The position numbers were made by a program, and so were the translations under genes. Of a DNA stretch of 64,000 nucleotides, positions 10,952 to 25,242 are shown piece by piece (position 1 is the first letter of the stretch; the number at the start of each line of letters is the position of its first letter). Location of the stretch: contig JBHGNT010000007.1 in assembly GCA_043228905.1 (NCBI GenBank), forward strand, positions 5,022,001-5,086,000, written 5' to 3'. This DNA comes from Azolla caroliniana (Eukaryota; Plantae; Polypodiophyta). A model generated the notes under the pieces. It ran no database searches, was not told the origin of the DNA, and saw only the letters and a list, made by a program, of their open reading frames with translations.

Positions 10952-11006
10952 TAATACAATGGTTAAGGATTTGACATGTGTACAACAAGGTCGTGGGTTC
11001 AAATCC
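10952..11006 (+). promoter_or_regulatory. tRNA-like Pol III A-box/B-box cassette in U3, antisense to the element
   Basis: TAATACAATGG (10952) and perfect GGTTCAAATCC (10996), 44 nt apart; copies at 15972-16026 and 63698-63752. Confidence 0.65.
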
Positions 11007-14000
11007 TTTCGAGTCATAATGAGAGTGTCATGATCCTTTCGATGCATGATGTGACTGTTATCATGACATTATCCCCCTTCTTCGACGACACGTCTCACGA
11101 GTCATAGGGTTTGTATTAGGACCTGGTTTACAAGGATATTGGCGATGAAATGCATTGACGAGTTCTGCAGCATTGGAAAGATTTGTTGCAGGTTCCCAAG
11201 TTCGATCATTGGGGGTATAGCCTAGCCAATCGACTAAGTAATACAGCTTGTTGCGCACGATTTTAGAATCGAGAACGGCAACAACTTCAAATTCAGGCCC
11301 ATCCAAGAACTCGACAGGTGGGGGGGGGTGTCGTAAGACGGCCCGAAATTGAACTTGTAGTATAAGGTTCCAAAAGGGATACATGAAACACCGGATGAAG
11401 ATGCATGTGCGGAGGGAGGTCAAGACGAAATGCAACATCACTTATCTTACCAGTGATCATGTAAGGGCCAAAACGTTGGTAATCCAATTTACTACAAGGT
11501 CGAGTGGTCTTGATGTTGTGTTAGAGAAGCCATACATGATCCCCAATGCGGAACTTTTTTGAGGAGTCTAGACGATGACGATCGGCAAGCCTCTTGTGTG
11601 TAAATTGAGCATCGTGCAAATTGTGGAGAATGTTAGCTTGAATTTCTTGGAGGCGACTAAGACGATCCTCGGCAGCAGGGTTGGTAGGAACTTCTGGATG
11701 CGCATTCATCGTCCACCGAGGATGACAGCCCATATTTGCGAAAAATGGGGAATATCCTGTAGAAGAATGGGCTGAGTTGTTGTAAGCGAATTCCGCCAAG
11801 TGCAAAAAAGCAACCCAATCATCTTGTTGATAGTTGATGAAACAACGAAGATATTGTTCCAATGTCTGGTTGGTACGCTCTGTTTGGCCATTTGTTTCAG
11901 GATGATAGCCCGAAGAAAGCTTAACTGAAATGTGGAGAAGTTTGAACAGGTGCTTCCAAAACTTTGAGATGAATTGTGGACCACGATCACCAATAATATC
12001 ATCCGGCAGACCATGATGCTTAAATACCTCCCGCATAACGAGATCAGCCGTCTCTTGACTAGTAATCGACTTTGTACATGGCAAGAAATGTGCCATTTTG
12101 GTAAATCGATCAACCACTGTGAGAATTGCATCAAAACCTTTTGAAATTGGGAGATCAGTAATGAAGTCCAAGGATATAGACTTCCAAGGAGTTTCCGGAA
12201 TGGGAAGTGGTTGTAGTAAGCCATAGGGTCGGTGACGAGGATTCTTTGATCGACAACATATATCACAACTCCGAACATACTCCTCAACAAAATGATGAAG
12301 GCGAGGCCACCAATAGCGTCAAGAAATTAATTCTAGAGTCTTGTGAACTCCAAAATGACCAGCCATTGGTGAGTCATGGCAATGTTGCAAAACTTGTAGT
12401 CATGGGGGACCATCAGGAACATACAATAAATTTTGTCGAAATAGAAAACCATCATGCCAATAGAACTGACAATAGTCATTACGAGGATTTTTTCGACTGT
12501 GAGCAAGAAGCACGATCCGGGACGATATGATCCAAAACATCCTTGGCGAAATCATCAGTGGCCATATGATCTCGAATGGAATCAAGAAGAGTGGAATTTT
12601 CAAGAGTTGTTATGGCGTTAACTACCATTAATCGTAATCGATTAGGACCCAAAAGGATTTGTTTTTTATGCTCAAATGCAGGTTCCCCTGGACGAAGTTC
12701 CATATAAGAGCACCGAGAAAGAGCATCTGCTTTGCCTTGCTGCATCCCAGGGCGATATATGATGATAAAGTCGAAGTGAGTCAAAAATTGCGCCCACTGG
12801 GCTTGTCGCCGACTCAAGACTCGAGCATTTTGGAAATAAGTCAGGTTCTTATGATCATTGTAGACAATGATCTGTTGAGAAGAACCTTCTAGGAAATGTC
12901 GCCATTGTTGAAATGAATCCACGATTGCAAGAAGCTCTTTGTCATGGATCTCGTAGTTGATCTCTGCAGCTTCAAACTTTCGTGAATGAAAGGTGACAGG
13001 GTGTAGGTGTCCATCATCTCCAGTCCGCGAGAGGACACTCCCTAGTGCAAAATCGGACGCATCGGCTTCGAGGATGAAGCATTTTGTTGGGTCGACATGT
13101 GCTAAGATAGGTGCCGTTGTAAATGCTCGTTTTAAGCTTTCGAATGCCTCGGCTGCATCTGAACTCCATATAAATGGTTGATCTTTATGTGTGAGCTGAG
13201 TAAGCGGAAGCACAACCTTGGAATAATCTTTAATAAATTTTCGATAAAAATTTGCAAACCCGAGAAAATATTGCACATCACGCACTGAAAGGGGCGTTTG
13301 CCACTCTAAAATTGCTTGTACCTTCATGGGGTCCATAGCAATACCATTTGACGATACAACATACCCCAAAAATTCCACTTGATTCTGGCCGAAACTACAC
13401 TTTTCTAATTTTGTGTAGAGACCATATTCTCAGAGTCGACGCAGTACTTGACGAACATGTTCATCACGCTCCTCTTGGGTCTTTGAGTAGATTAAAATAT
13501 CATCTAGGTAAACTATAGTGAAGATATCAAGAAAATCTCAAAAAATATCGTTCGCCATATGTTGGAAAACAGCAGGTGCATTCGTGAGACCGAATGGCAT
13601 CACTGTATACTCAAAATGTCCATAGCGAGTGCGGAAAGCTGTGGAAGGAGATTATAAATTGGGCCCCATGGAGGTTCTTTCCCTGGTTGTAAGTCAATAG
13701 GGCAGTCGTATGGCCGATGCTCCGGCAATGTATTGGCCTTCACCTTATCAAAGACATCTGAAAACTCCTTGTATTTCTCTGGTAGTTTAATATCCGCTTC
13801 ACGTGAAGTGGATGATGGAGTTGCTATTATTGCGAAGACGAACATGGCCTCGTTCCCCCCTTCCTCCCGCAACTGTCGTAAAGAGATGGGCGATAACTCC
13901 GAGGATCTATTATCACATGTAGGAGAGAGGGATGCGGGATTTGTGCTTTTTTCCCGGGTCTCCTCAATTGTTCTTTTCATCCAATCAATCTTCGGGTTAT

Positions 14001-14369
14001 GGAGTTCAAACCAGGGGAGACCTAGAACTATTGGGTGTTCCGGACTACGAATAATGTTGAAAGAGATTATGCTTGCCAAATTGCCAAGAACTATCCTAAT
14101 TGGCTCGGACTCCTCGACTATATCTCCTGATGTTATGGGACGTCCATCAATGACTCCTACGGCTACTGGGCTGGGAAGCATATTCAAGAGGATGTTTTGT
14201 GACAAGGCAAATTCACAATCCATGAAACAAGAGTTGGCTCCAGAATCTAGAAGGGCAGAGGCTAGGACTCGATGACATGTAGATGTGGTAAGCTCGACTT
14301 GTGCTGAAAAAACTCGACTCACTTGATTTGATGAAATGGAACCACGACTAGGAACTAACTCTACATAGC

Positions 14370-14421
14370 TAGGATGGTCCAGCCAAATGGCTCCTATTTT
14401 GGCCGGACTTACTCGTTTAAC
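14370..14421 (-). promoter_or_regulatory. Candidate -1 ribosomal frameshift signal (G UUA AAC plus pseudoknot) between gag and pol
   Basis: Heptamer in gag frame just before TAA; -1 frame is open into the protease ORF; 11-bp stem after a 6-nt spacer, and loop UAGGA can pair with downstream UCCUA. Confidence 0.75.
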
Positions 14422-17400
14422 ACATCCTCTAATTGACTCAAGACATCGAATCTATTCTCATGACATGGACTATGAGGCTTATTTATGTTATTAGAAGTAA
14501 CAATAGAACTCGATGTAGGGTTTTCATGGGCACTTACTTGGTATACTTGACGCCTAGGTTTATGTGGACAATTTACAGCTATATGTCCTGGACCGCCACA
14601 ATACAGGCAGAGGCGATGCGCTCGACGTCGTTGCTTCTCAGCATCTGATAACAGCCCACGACGTTGTGTTGACTCTATTTCCATCAAAGTTGGGCCATCC
14701 CTTGTAATGGGTCTAGAAACTTGTGGAGGCGTTGCGACTACGGAAGCGTAAGTCTGCTCAGGTTGGCGGCGTAACATTTGTTGGCACTCAGAACGTCACT
14801 CAAATAGGCGATTATCACATCGCACAGTTCGACTAATGGCTTCTGTAAGTGACTTCGGATCTTCAGGGAAAGTAAGAAGAAGATCTTTGACATCATTTCT
14901 CAAACCTTGACGGAATTGATCCATTAAAGCTGCCTCATCCCAAGGGATATCGCATGCCAAGAGACGGAAATCGGCTGCATAAGACGACGCGGGACGATCT
15001 CCTTGTCGGAGCCTTCGAATCTTGTTTATCGCTGTCCTAGTGCTGTCGGTCGGTGTCTCCGAAACTAGCTTGAAACTCTTTAACAAATGCCTCGAAATCC
15101 TCCAGCAATGGTGATTTCTTCTCGAGAAGTGGTGCGAACCATGCTAACGTCGTACCGCATAGCAAAGTTCCCACTAATCCCACACGAGTAGAATCAGTTG
15201 GATACCGATTGGGATGTAGCTGAATAACTAGACGAACTTGATTCAAAAAGCCTCGAAATAAAGACCTCGTACCATCAAACTTGGTAGGGAGGCTGATCTT
15301 TGGCTCTCTAGGGGAGTTCTGAGCCCCTGACGCTTGCTCTCGTAATGACAATATAGTCGCCTCGAGTTGATGAACCCGCTGTGATAACTCTTCATATTGT
15401 TGAGCTTTTTCGGCGCTCACGTGTTGTAGATCTCCAAGTAGCCTTTGATTCTCATGCTCTAATGCCACAAATTTATTCGTGAGCATGTCGAGCTCAGAAA
15501 GAACACGCATGTATTCTTGTTTGCTCACGGACTCCATAGCTTACGAGGGGAGAGGAGAAGGAAGAAGAGGGTTTGTGGAAGACGAAGAGATGAAAGGAAA
15601 AAAATTGGTTCAAACTGTCAAGACTGAGAGAGAGAAAGAGAGAGAAAAAGAGATAGAGAGATAATTGAAAGAGAATTATTATATTGAAGCGTAAAATGGA
15701 TTACAAAGAGTAGGCTACAAAATGGCGTTGGACCAATTTAGGTTTGGGATGGGTGGTAGATCCCTATTTATAAGTAATAGAGAACACTCTAGAATATTCT
15801 AGGTTATCCTAGAATGTAGAGTAATCTAGAAGATCTCTAGAGTATTCTAGAAGGTTCTAGTGGTATAGAATACTCTAGAATATTCTAGGTCATTCTAGAA
15901 TGTAGAGTATTATATAGAATATTCCTATGATATTAGATTTCATATTCTAGAGACTATACATATAAGAATATTAATACAATGGTTAAGGATTTGACATGTG
16001 TACAACAAGGTCGTGGGTTCAAATCCTTTCGAGTTATAATGAGAGTGTCATGATCCTTTCGATGCATGATGTGACTGTTATCATGACAAAAACAGATTGT
16101 CGTCCATTGCTAGGAATGATTTCAAGTTGTGAAACATCTGATATAATTATGCTTAGATGGATAGCTTACATAAAATCACTATGTCCTGAAATCAAGCACA
16201 TTGTAGGAACGGATAACCCAATTGCCGATATGCTCTCAAGAGCAAGGTTTAAAAAAAATACTATGGTAATGACTGATGAAGAAGATGAGAGTTTTGATTT
16301 CTTTTCCATAAATTGTAGCTTGATGGGGTCATGTGATTTGGGTGTTCATGTTATTCTTCGTGAATCTGAGTACGAGGGGGAGATGTTACAAATTGGAAAA
16401 TACTTGAGTACTCATGAGAAAGATAGAACATGGTCAAGGGAGCTATTTCATAAAATAAGAAAGAAAGCTTATAATTTTTTTCTTCATGAGGGATATCTTT
16501 GGAGACATCCAAAAGTTGTGAAAGGGATTCCGCAAAGAGTGGTTGGAAGAAAGGAAGAGCAACAGAAACTAATATTTCAATTTCATGATACTTTATGGGC
16601 AGGTCATCGTAGAGTTTGGGCCACCTATTTGAAATTAAAAGAGAAGTTTTGGTGGGCTAGAATGTACAACGATGTTGCATATTATGTACAATCGTGTGAG
16701 AACTACCAAATGTATTCGAATATTCGGCATCGTGATGGGTTGCAACCTACTTATTCTTTATCTCTACATTATAAATGGGTTGTGGATTTTTGCAAATGAT
16801 ATATCTTGTATTGACAAGAGAAGATTTGACAAATCAAGTGGAAGGTCGAGACCTACACCAAAAAACCACTTCAACTGTTTGTAAGTTCCTTCTTGAAGAT
16901 GTGATATGTAGGTATGGGTACATTGGGAAGATTGTTACAGATAGAGGAGAACTAGATTCTAACGAAGCTGAACAATTTTTTTCAAGAATGGGAATTCGAT
17001 TGTCCTTAACTAAGGCATATAACCCTGAAGCTATAGTAAAAGCTTTGGTGAAAGCTTGTGATGGCAAGATAGCTAACTGGCCTCATCTGTTACCGTATGC
17101 ACTATGGGCTTACCACTACTCACAGTTCCGTAACTGGCTTTCTACCATCAGAATTAATACTTGGTCAAAAGCCAATTATGCCAGTAGAGCAATCGGTATT
17201 TTCCTGGGTTGCCTTGCCATGGGCAGATGAAATGAGTCGAGAAGATTTGCTTGCTCTTAGAATAAGACAACTAGAAAGAAGGGATGAAGATGTTCAAATA
17301 GCTACGGAAAGGATGAAACAATGTCGACTACGGAACAAAGAAAGATTTGAAAAAACCCATCGCCTTTGACCAAGAAAGCTATGATAGCAGCTTGGATAAC

Positions 17401-18324
17401 CAACATAGTACTTCTCGCAAATTTGCCAAAAGATGGTTCGGGCCGTATATCATTAGACAAGTGAATAAAAATGCAACTTATTTCCTAACTGAAATTGATG
17501 GAGTTGCTTTAAAGTTACCAATTGCAGGAAAGCAAATTAAGCTATTCAAGAGAAGGGAAGATCAAAGCAGTAACTTCCTCAACAAAGATGACATCCATGA
17601 AGTTGAAGAAGGAGACATTCATTGGTGCATGCTAGAGGATGCGTAGGTCTAGAGGGGGAGGATGTCTTGACGTTTCCATGCCACGATGAGAAAATAACCT
17701 CTACCAATATATATGAACTTATTCAAATCTTTGTAAAAGGTTATATAGAGTGTAAGGCCTCGATGAGTAGGAGCGTGTGGGGGTTTAGGTGTCGTGAAGG
17801 ATTTGCTTCACGGTATTGTATTGAATAACATTTGAGAGACTTAAACCCACAATCTCACATACCAAATGCAAGGCACATACCATTAGGCTAGGTCATTTGT
17901 TCTTTTAAAGCTATATTTTAATGCTTGTACTTATGTCATGTATATTTTCATACGTGAAAGCTCGAATGTGTGGGATGTCTATCATGCATCACATGTAATG
18001 CATGAACACCAAATGACGATCATGCATCACATGCATTTCATGCACTACATGCATGTCTTGTACCCTCACATGCATCATATGCATGGGAGCACCTATTTAA
18101 ACAAGGAAAAGAAAAAGAGTGAAGAGGGAACAGGAGTCGAGGAATATTATTGTAATAGGAGGGACAAGCTATATTATTGTACAAGAAATATTTTGTAATC
18201 ATCTTCAGATATCAATACAAGTTATTTCCGTTTCTCCTCTTTCTTTGACAAGAAGCCCGATGCTTACTTCTCAGATTCATGATTTTCTTTTTGTTTGCTC
18301 TCGTACGCCGAGATTGACGTGACA

Positions 18325-20726
18325 ACGTCAAACCACATGACCAGCCACGAGGAGTGGTTCTCATATTTGGAGAAACCGAAACAACTGGGAGTTGTCGAGA
18401 CCGGTGACGACACCTCTCATCCGATCGAGCATGTCGATGATGTCCCCCTGAGCCATGTCGGACAGAAGGGGAGATTGATGAACGTCTTGCACGTCCCGAC
18501 AATCATGAAGAACTTGGTGTTGGTTGGACAGATTGTCAACAAAGGGATGCATGTACGGTTCACACACATCATATGCTTCATCGAAGAAGAAGTCTAGATC
18601 ATCGCACAAGGGTGTCGGGAAGGGAGGATGTTTATCCTCAACAGAAATGACGTCGACACCACAATGTTTGCCAAAGGAAAAAATGTCAAATCGGACATTG
18701 ACTTATGGCTTAAGTGGATCGGTCACGTCAACTACCAAAGGCTTCAGGAGTTGCAAACGAAACAAGTCGTGTTCGGTTTGCCGAAGTTTAGTGGCCGGAA
18801 GGCCCAAGTTCGTGAAGCCTGCCACCTAGGGAAGCAACGCCAGCTTCCTTTCCCCAACGAGCGAAACCGGAGTCGCAACAAGATATACTTAATACATTCA
18901 TATGTATGGGAACCAACACAGAATGTGAGCTTAGGCAGGAGTTGATACTTCATCTCCTTCATCGATGATTATAGCCGACACACATGGATTTACCTAATAG
19001 AGAAGAAGAGTGAGGTCTTCTCGTGTTTCCATAACTTGTAAAATCTTGTTGAAAGGGAAACAGACCGGAAAATCAAGCATCTACGGTCAGATGGCGGAAA
19101 GGAATTTCCGGCCAGTTCAATTGTTATCTACAACTTATAGGAATTCAGCGTGAATTCAGTTGCAGATATACGCCACAGTAGAACAGCATAGCCAAAAGGG
19201 AGAATCGGTCAATTGTGGAAGTGGCACGGGCAATGCTGGAGGAGAAGAGCATGCCCAAGTTTTATTGGGCCGAAGCGGTTCGGATGACAATATATATCCA
19301 GAATCAGATTTCGACAACCGGAGAGAAGGTGTCGGCTCATGAGCTATATTTTGGACGAAACCCGAACTTAAAGCACCTTAGGGTATTTATTAGCATTGTA
19401 TATGTGCATGTACCGAATGAGAAGTGGAAGAAGTTGGATGCCAAGTCGTAGAAGTGTATCCTGGTCGTCTACTCACATGAATAAATGGGGTATAAGTGTT
19501 ACAACCCCCGGAGCAAACATGTACAAGTAAGCCGAGACATCGTGTTCGACGAGTTGATGTCCTAGTATTCTCTTCCAAACCCCGACTCCATTCCGATTAC
19601 TGAGGATGAGGCCAGTGATCCCAAGATGATTTAGGAAGAAGAAGATGAAGACATCGACACTCTAGAAGAGAGTCCAATTTCATTCCAACTAAGTGGCCCA
19701 AACGATGAGCTGAGTCGAAAGGACCAGCCGAATGAAGAGCCAACGAGCAATGATGACTCACCATGCAAAGGAACCGAGAGATGGTATACATGCAAAGAGA
19801 AGGGGAAGATGAAGATGTCGGAGTATGACACAGATAAAGGTGCGTTGGATCAGGGAGAATCCAACACCAACCAGAGTGAAGATGGACCTCAAGAGCTAAG
19901 GTCGGATGCGGCCAAGAGGGCCCTGAAATCAGCAAATAAAAAACTACGGCGATCAACTCGCCACAAGAACCCGGTGATCCTGTATGCATATAACGAATAC
20001 ATGGCGCATCATTATGCGTACATGACGAAGGTGGCTGAAGTCCGCGAGCCGAAGAGCTTTGCGGAGGCATCACAGGATGCCAAATGGCGATCAGCAATAG
20101 AGGAAGAAATGCGGGCACTAACTGCCAACGAGGCATGGGACTTGGTTGACCCTCCCTGACATTGCAAACCGATCAGATGCAAATGGGTGTACAAGATAAA
20201 GTACAACACCAACAGTTCGGTCAACCGGTATAAGGCCCGATTGGGGGCCAAAGGATACGCCCAAACTCACAACATCAACTACGACGAGACCTTCACACCG
20301 GTAGCGAATATGACAACAATTTGTGTTGTGTTGGCAGTCGCAATGGAAAGGGGGTGGCATCTTCATCAGATGGACGTTAAAAACATGTTTCTTCAAGGTG
20401 ACCTTGAAGAACATGTATTTATGGTCCAACCCCCTGGTTTTGAGTCGGAGATGAACAAATCGGCAGTATGTCGACTAAAGAAGTCACTTTACAGCCTCAA
20501 GCAAGCCCCCAAAGCTTGGAACTCCAAAATCACGCAACGGTTGCAAAAGATGGAGTTTGAGGTATCAAAATTTGACTCCTCTTTGTTCATTTGGAAAGGT
20601 CCGCAAGGTCCGGTGTGCATATTGCTATACGTGGATGACCTGGTCATCACCGGTCCGGTCCCTGCTGAAATCAACCAAGTCAAGTCCCAATTGTCGGACG
20701 CATTCGAGATGAAGGATTTAGGGCTC
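18325..20726 (+). mobile_element. Degenerate copia internal region (PR-INT-RT), truncated at both ends
   Basis: SNHMT, GAG-pre-integrase, FYWAEAV, KARLGAKGY, HQMDVKN, LLYVDD; many stops and frameshifts. Confidence 0.9.
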
Positions 20727-20798
20727 TAGGTTCGGGATACCGATTCAGCTCCAGCTTATTTAGCCAATCAGGATCCAATTGAGCTTGTCGGCTCAACA

Positions 20799-21281
20799 CT
20801 TTCTTTTATAGATGCCCCCATGCATATGATGCATGTGAGGGTACAAGACATGCATACAATGCATGGAATACATTGGTGCTCATGCATTACATGTGATGCA
20901 TGATAACCATGTCACTCATTCAAGCTTTCATGTATGAGAATTTACATGTGAAAAATACAATGATGAAAATATAGTTTTAAAGAAATAACTTAGCTTAGTG
21001 GTAAGTCAATTGTCTCCCATCTTGGAGGTGCAAGGTTTAAAACCTTACTTGCACCCCTCAGTATGCACAAAATGCCATAGTAGATTATTTTCAAGTGTTT
21101 GCGTAATGTGCGCACATCACACGTGCACATGTTTAACCTTACATCTAGCCTTTCTTTTTCCGATTCTCATTTCATTCATATTTACAACATGCTAACGTAC
21201 GCGTGTAAGCTGCACATTGCACCTTCTCGATTTTGTCTGTTCCACGCGATTTTCAAACTGTTGCCGAAAATCTTCATGACA
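20799..21281 (-). mobile_element. Partial 3' LTR of gypsy element J (related to the LTR at 17663-18324); its 3' region continues at 32056-32880
   Basis: Reverse complement of 20820-20980 matches 17900-18085; ends TGACA next to PPT ggtgggggtgga; cut at 20798 by the start of a copia LTR (...gctcaaca). Confidence 0.7.
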
Positions 21282-21386
21282 TCCACCCCCACCAAACTGC
21301 ACTGTTGGGGACAATGTCGTCAGTGCGGAAGAACAAACAACATCTGTGATGTTGAAGGACCTATGTATGAGAATAAACAAGATACA

Positions 21387-21422
<36 letters not shown>

Positions 21423-24400
21423 CACAAAGAAACGTTTTATTTCTTAATAGCAACAGTTACAAATGACAACCAACAACCTTACTAAAGGTTACAAAGTCAC
21501 TTATATAGTGACTATCCTAGGGAAACTTCCCTTTATGCTATTTACAGAAATAGCCCAAACTTGGGTTGTCCAAAGGGACAATGTGAATACGGCCATTATA
21601 CACTCATATTCGACACTCCCCCGTAATGGGCGTATACATGGATTATCTGAAACTACAAGTATATACAATGTTTATCAGATAGATTGGTTTTGTTCGAGTC
21701 GGCAAGATCTGAAGACAGAAGACCGAACCGGTCGGGTCGGAAGAGCTGAAGACGATCCTCAAAGGACCGATGTCGGTTGTCCGAAACCATCCTGTGTTGT
21801 GTGTCCGACTTTAACCGGACTGATTTTTCGTTACGCCCATCTGGTGCTGAAGGGACCAGAACCGATCCGCCGAAAGACACTTGGTCATTCCATCTGCGAC
21901 ATTATCGGTTGTGGATATCTTCTCGAGACCGATTTTCCCTGAAATGACGTAGTCCTGAACAAAGTGATATCGAACGTCAATATGCTTGGAGGCGTTGTGG
22001 TGAACCGGAGTTTTTGACAAAGCAACAGCACCCTGACTGTCGCTGTAGACAACTGGAGCCAAGTCGAGGTCGACTTGTCGAAACGTGTGCGCCAGCCACC
22101 GAGCCATAAAGCTTCTTTTGCCACGTTGGACACAACTACATATTCCGCTTCGGTCGTTGAGGTGGTTGTGCACTCCTGAAGTTTCAACTTCCACGAGATT
22201 GCTCCATTGCCGAATTTGAAACAATATCTAGTTGTTGATTTTCGACTGTCCACGCAGCCGGCGAAGTCTGAGTCAATGTAACCGACTACGCTTGAGGTTG
22301 AGTTCGGGCCAAAATGAATGTTGTGGTCTTTTGTGCCAGCTAGATATTTGAACACATGCTTGACTGCGTTCCAGTGCGATCAGCCTAGGTTGTACATGAA
22401 TCTGTTGATGACTCCTACGGCGTGAGAAATATCAGGTCGTGTTGCGACCATTGCGTACATAAGGGAGCCGATTGCCGGTGCATACGATACTGACTTCATA
22501 TCTTCCCCCTCCGAACCGGATGTCGGGCAATCTCGCTGAGACAGCCGAAGGTGAATGGGGAGCGGGGTCGAAGCTAACTTGGCCGAGTGCATGTTGAAGC
22601 ATTCCAAGACACGTCCGATGTAATCGGTTTGAGCCAAGAAAAGTTGTCGTGTATCGCGATGCCGACTAATCTTCATACCAAGTATGTGTCTTGCCGAACC
22701 GAAGTCCTTCATGGCAAACTTCAACCGCCGTTTCTGAACGAGTTCAGTGAGCTCTCCGGCATGTCGGCCAGAGAGTAGCATGTCGTCCACGTAAATGATG
22801 AGGAAGACGGGAAACCCATCTTGAGTTGTTTTGGTGAAGAGACAGTGGTCCTCATCGCTCTTGCCGACCGATTGGATGAATTCGTCGAACTTCTTGTACC
22901 ACTGTCGGGGTGCCTGTTTCAGGCCGTATAAACTCTTCCTGAGTCGGCAGACTAGATGTTCCTAGCCGGATGCCACAAAGCCTTTCGGTTGCTCCATATA
23001 GATTTCCTCTTGTAGGTCACCGTGGAGGAATGTCGTTTTTACATCTAGTTGAATTAGCTCCAAGTTGTCGGTGGCCACAACGTCGAGCATGAAACGAAGG
23101 GTTGTCATTTTCACCACTGGTGAAAAGATTTCGTCGAAGTCGACACCATATTCTTGTCGAAATCCCTTTGCAACTAATCTGGCCTTGTACTTTGGGTTGG
23201 TCGAGTCGGACATCTCTTTTAGTCGATAGACCCACTTACACGGAAGAACACGTCGATTCTTTGGTAATTCGACCCAGTCCCAAGTCTTGTTTGTGCGAAT
23301 GGAGTGCATTTCCGACTCCATTGCCAGATGCCGGGTGGCTGAGTCGGCAGATGTCGATGCTTCTTCGTAAGACGTCGGTTCGTCGGTGTCGGTGAAGAAA
23401 ATTCTGGGAGAGTACCTTTCCGAAGGTTGCGACAGTCTCTCAAATCTTCGAGGTATGACTGGACTGGTCGCATCGGGTATAGGTGTCGAATGGTCAGAAG
23501 CCGAGCCATTTGGTTGTACTGAATCGGTGGATTCAGGACGGGAGGTGTCGGTTACCCATGAAACAAATCTCGTGTTGTGGGTTAGGCCTTCATGAAGGGT
23601 TGGCACTTCGGAAAATATTACCCTTCAGACTTCAATAGGCCTTTCGGCCGTTTTATGCATAGTCAACTCGTTGAACACGACGTCCAAACTTCGGACGATT
23701 TGTCTATGCTGGGGGTCCCAAAGTCGGTATCTGATCTCGCCGTCGGGTCCATATCCAAGGAAAACGCATTTCCTTGATCTTGGTTTGAGTTTCCGGCGGT
23801 CATATTTTGGCATGAGGGCATACGCCTCGTAGCTGAAGATCCTCAGCTTGTCATAATTCGGCTTACTGCCGGTCCATGTTTCCTGAGGTATTTTAAGTCC
23901 TAGAGGTCTATTTAGCGACATATTTATTATGTGTATTGTCGTAAGTAGAACCTCTGCCCTGAAGCCATCCGACAGTCCAGAGTGTTGGAGCATGGATACT
24001 ATGCGTTCTTGAATCGTTTGATTCATGTGTTCAGCAATTCCGTTTTGCTCCGGACTATAGGGTGCCGTATATTCACATCGAATGCCACGTTCCCTGCAAA
24101 ATTTGACGAATTCATCAGACTTGAATTCTCCTCCATTATCGGTTTGGAGACATTTTAGTTTCCGACCGGTCTAGTTTTTGACCATTGCAAGCCATTCGGA
24201 GAAGATCGAGAACACTCTATCTTTGGTTCTAATGGGGTAAGCCCACACCTTCCGAGTCGAGTCGTCAATAAAACTGACGAAGTACGAAGCACCGCCGAGA
24301 GACTGATGTGGCATCGGGCCACAGATGTCCGAGTGGACCAAATCGAGGGGACTCGATTCTCTTGGTGCTGATGTCGGGTGTGATGCGGCTACCTATTTGC

Positions 24401-25242
24401 CGTATTGGTAATGCGCGTAGAATTGGTGATCCAAGAGCTTGGGGATGTAACCGGCTCTGGATAGGTGCGTTATGCCGGCCTTGCTGAGGTGTCCAAGTCA
24501 TCCATGGCATAACGATGACACGGGGATATCAACCAAAAATAAGTCACCCTCTTTGAGTGTGACATATAAAGGGTACAAAGAATGTACCTTTGGTCCCCGA
24601 GCAAGCAGGAGGTTCCCTTTGTGGAGTGTCCACCCTCCTGATGAGAACCCGGCACGGATGCTAGCTTCATCAAGTTGTCCGACTGAGATCAAGGGACTTG
24701 AAAGCTCAGGAACATGTCGAACGTTGTGTAGTACGAGTGTAGAGCCACTTGGAAGGTTGAGCTCTACGGTGCCGATTCTGATTATAGCACAGTGTTGCGA
24801 GTTCCCGACTCGAACTGAGTCGGAGTGCCGGTCCGAGTATTGCCGAAACTGAGATCGGTGAGGTGTCACATGATACGATGCACCCGAGTCCAGGAGCCAT
24901 GTGCTCGATTCCTCAATCGTAAGCAAAACTTCTGATTCGACTGGGTGCTCTATGGACAGTATGTTCAGGTCAGTCATCAAAATTTCGGCTGAAGAGACGA
25001 CGTAGTTGACCTCCTCATGCCGGCTACTCTTCTTATCCACTCTCTGAGCTTTGTCGGTTTTTGCTTTGAGTGCCCGGCAGTCGGCTTTGATGTGTCCCGG
25101 TTTCTTGTAGTAGTTGCAAGTTCGGTTGTCCCGAGACTTACTCCGGCTTCGCTGATTGTTCAGCGGTCGGGAAGAACTTCTTCCCCGGTTATTCAATCAA
25201 TCGGTCGAACCTTGTACTACGTAAGCTTCATCTGCCGAGACT

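Larger units (their letters stand above)
10598..16088 (-). mobile_element. Chromovirus B (Tcn1/Tf1-sushi type), both LTRs present, coding region decayed
   Basis: LTRs 10598-11068 and 15616-16088 (about 4 substitutions and 1 small indel); TSD AAAAC at 10593-10597 and 16089-16093; gag, LLDSGA protease, RT (internal deletion near 13640), RNase H, integrase, chromodomain YYLVDWLGY..DRTWEP. Confidence 0.95.
7231..18324 (+). mobile_element. Degenerate Ty3/gypsy element K (gag-PR-RT-RH-INT, 3' LTR 17663-18324), interrupted by chromovirus B
   Basis: CIWCDSVDHSIEGC knuckle, LIDHRS protease, PFLDDVPIKG RT, RNase H resuming across the 10598-16088 insertion, HHCC/integrase at 16500-17640, PPT agagggggagga, LTR TGTC...GACA. 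Confidence 0.85.

Noticed and set aside
10945-11015. tRNA-like segments as functional tRNA genes
   Set aside because: No acceptor stem and poor anticodon and T stems; only the A/B boxes and their spacing are retained.
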